Assembly (NCBI RefSeq): GCF_021057185.1
Contig: NZ_CP054059.1
Span: 900,001 to 932,000 of the forward strand
DNA from: Candidatus Absconditicoccus praedator
GTDB taxonomy: Bacteria; Patescibacteriota; Gracilibacteria; Absconditabacterales; Absconditicoccaceae
Length of the DNA stretch: 32,000 bases
Direction: 5' to 3'
Position 1 is the first letter of the stretch; the number at the start of each line of letters is the position of its first letter. The notes below the pieces were generated by a model. The model made no database searches. It was not told the origin of the DNA and worked only from the letters and a program-made list of their open reading frames with translations. A program made the position numbers and the translations under genes. Shown here in pieces: positions 31,983 to 32,000 of the stretch.

Positions 31983-32000
31983 TATTCCATTATTATGGTT

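Noticed and set aside
1-32000. Mycoplasma/Spiroplasma-type code 4 (UGA = Trp) as the explanation for in-frame TGA
   Set aside because: TGA aligns with invariant glycines in P-loops, the TrxB FAD motif, kinase G-boxes and HhH motifs. Trp at those positions would be incompatible with function.

Overview
AT-rich bacterial fragment that only makes sense under genetic code 25 (UGA = Gly), the code of Gracilibacteria/Absconditabacteria (SR1) in the Candidate Phyla Radiation. The standard-code ORF track is fragmented. Reading TGA as Gly and stopping only at TAA/TAG gives about 22 long, almost entirely plus-strand genes, with TGA at invariant Gly positions of several conserved motifs. All translations and alignments here were done by eye; no searches were run.

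Left to right:
- a partial hypothetical gene
- two tandem paralogous small membrane-anchored Cys proteins
- a hybrid GAF-GAF sensor histidine kinase/response regulator split by an IS481-family element with a perfect 7-bp target duplication
- ruvA
- an ATP-grasp ligase fused to a DUF1704/MATCAP-like HExxH peptidase domain
- hisS, trxB and a DUF1295 membrane protein
- a 41-aa minus-strand membrane peptide
- a lipoprotein serpin followed by a 2347-aa thioester-less alpha-2-macroglobulin-like protein; both have the same conserved element 62 nt upstream
- an apparent accessory block (about 21.9-32 kb) holding a TPR/HExxH protein, a promoter-led KAP NTPase / MazG-like / DUF2075 nuclease-helicase operon (candidate defence system), an orphan acidic protein, and a spacerless 37-bp hairpin repeat array split by an IS4-family element

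No rRNA, tRNA or CRISPR array was found.
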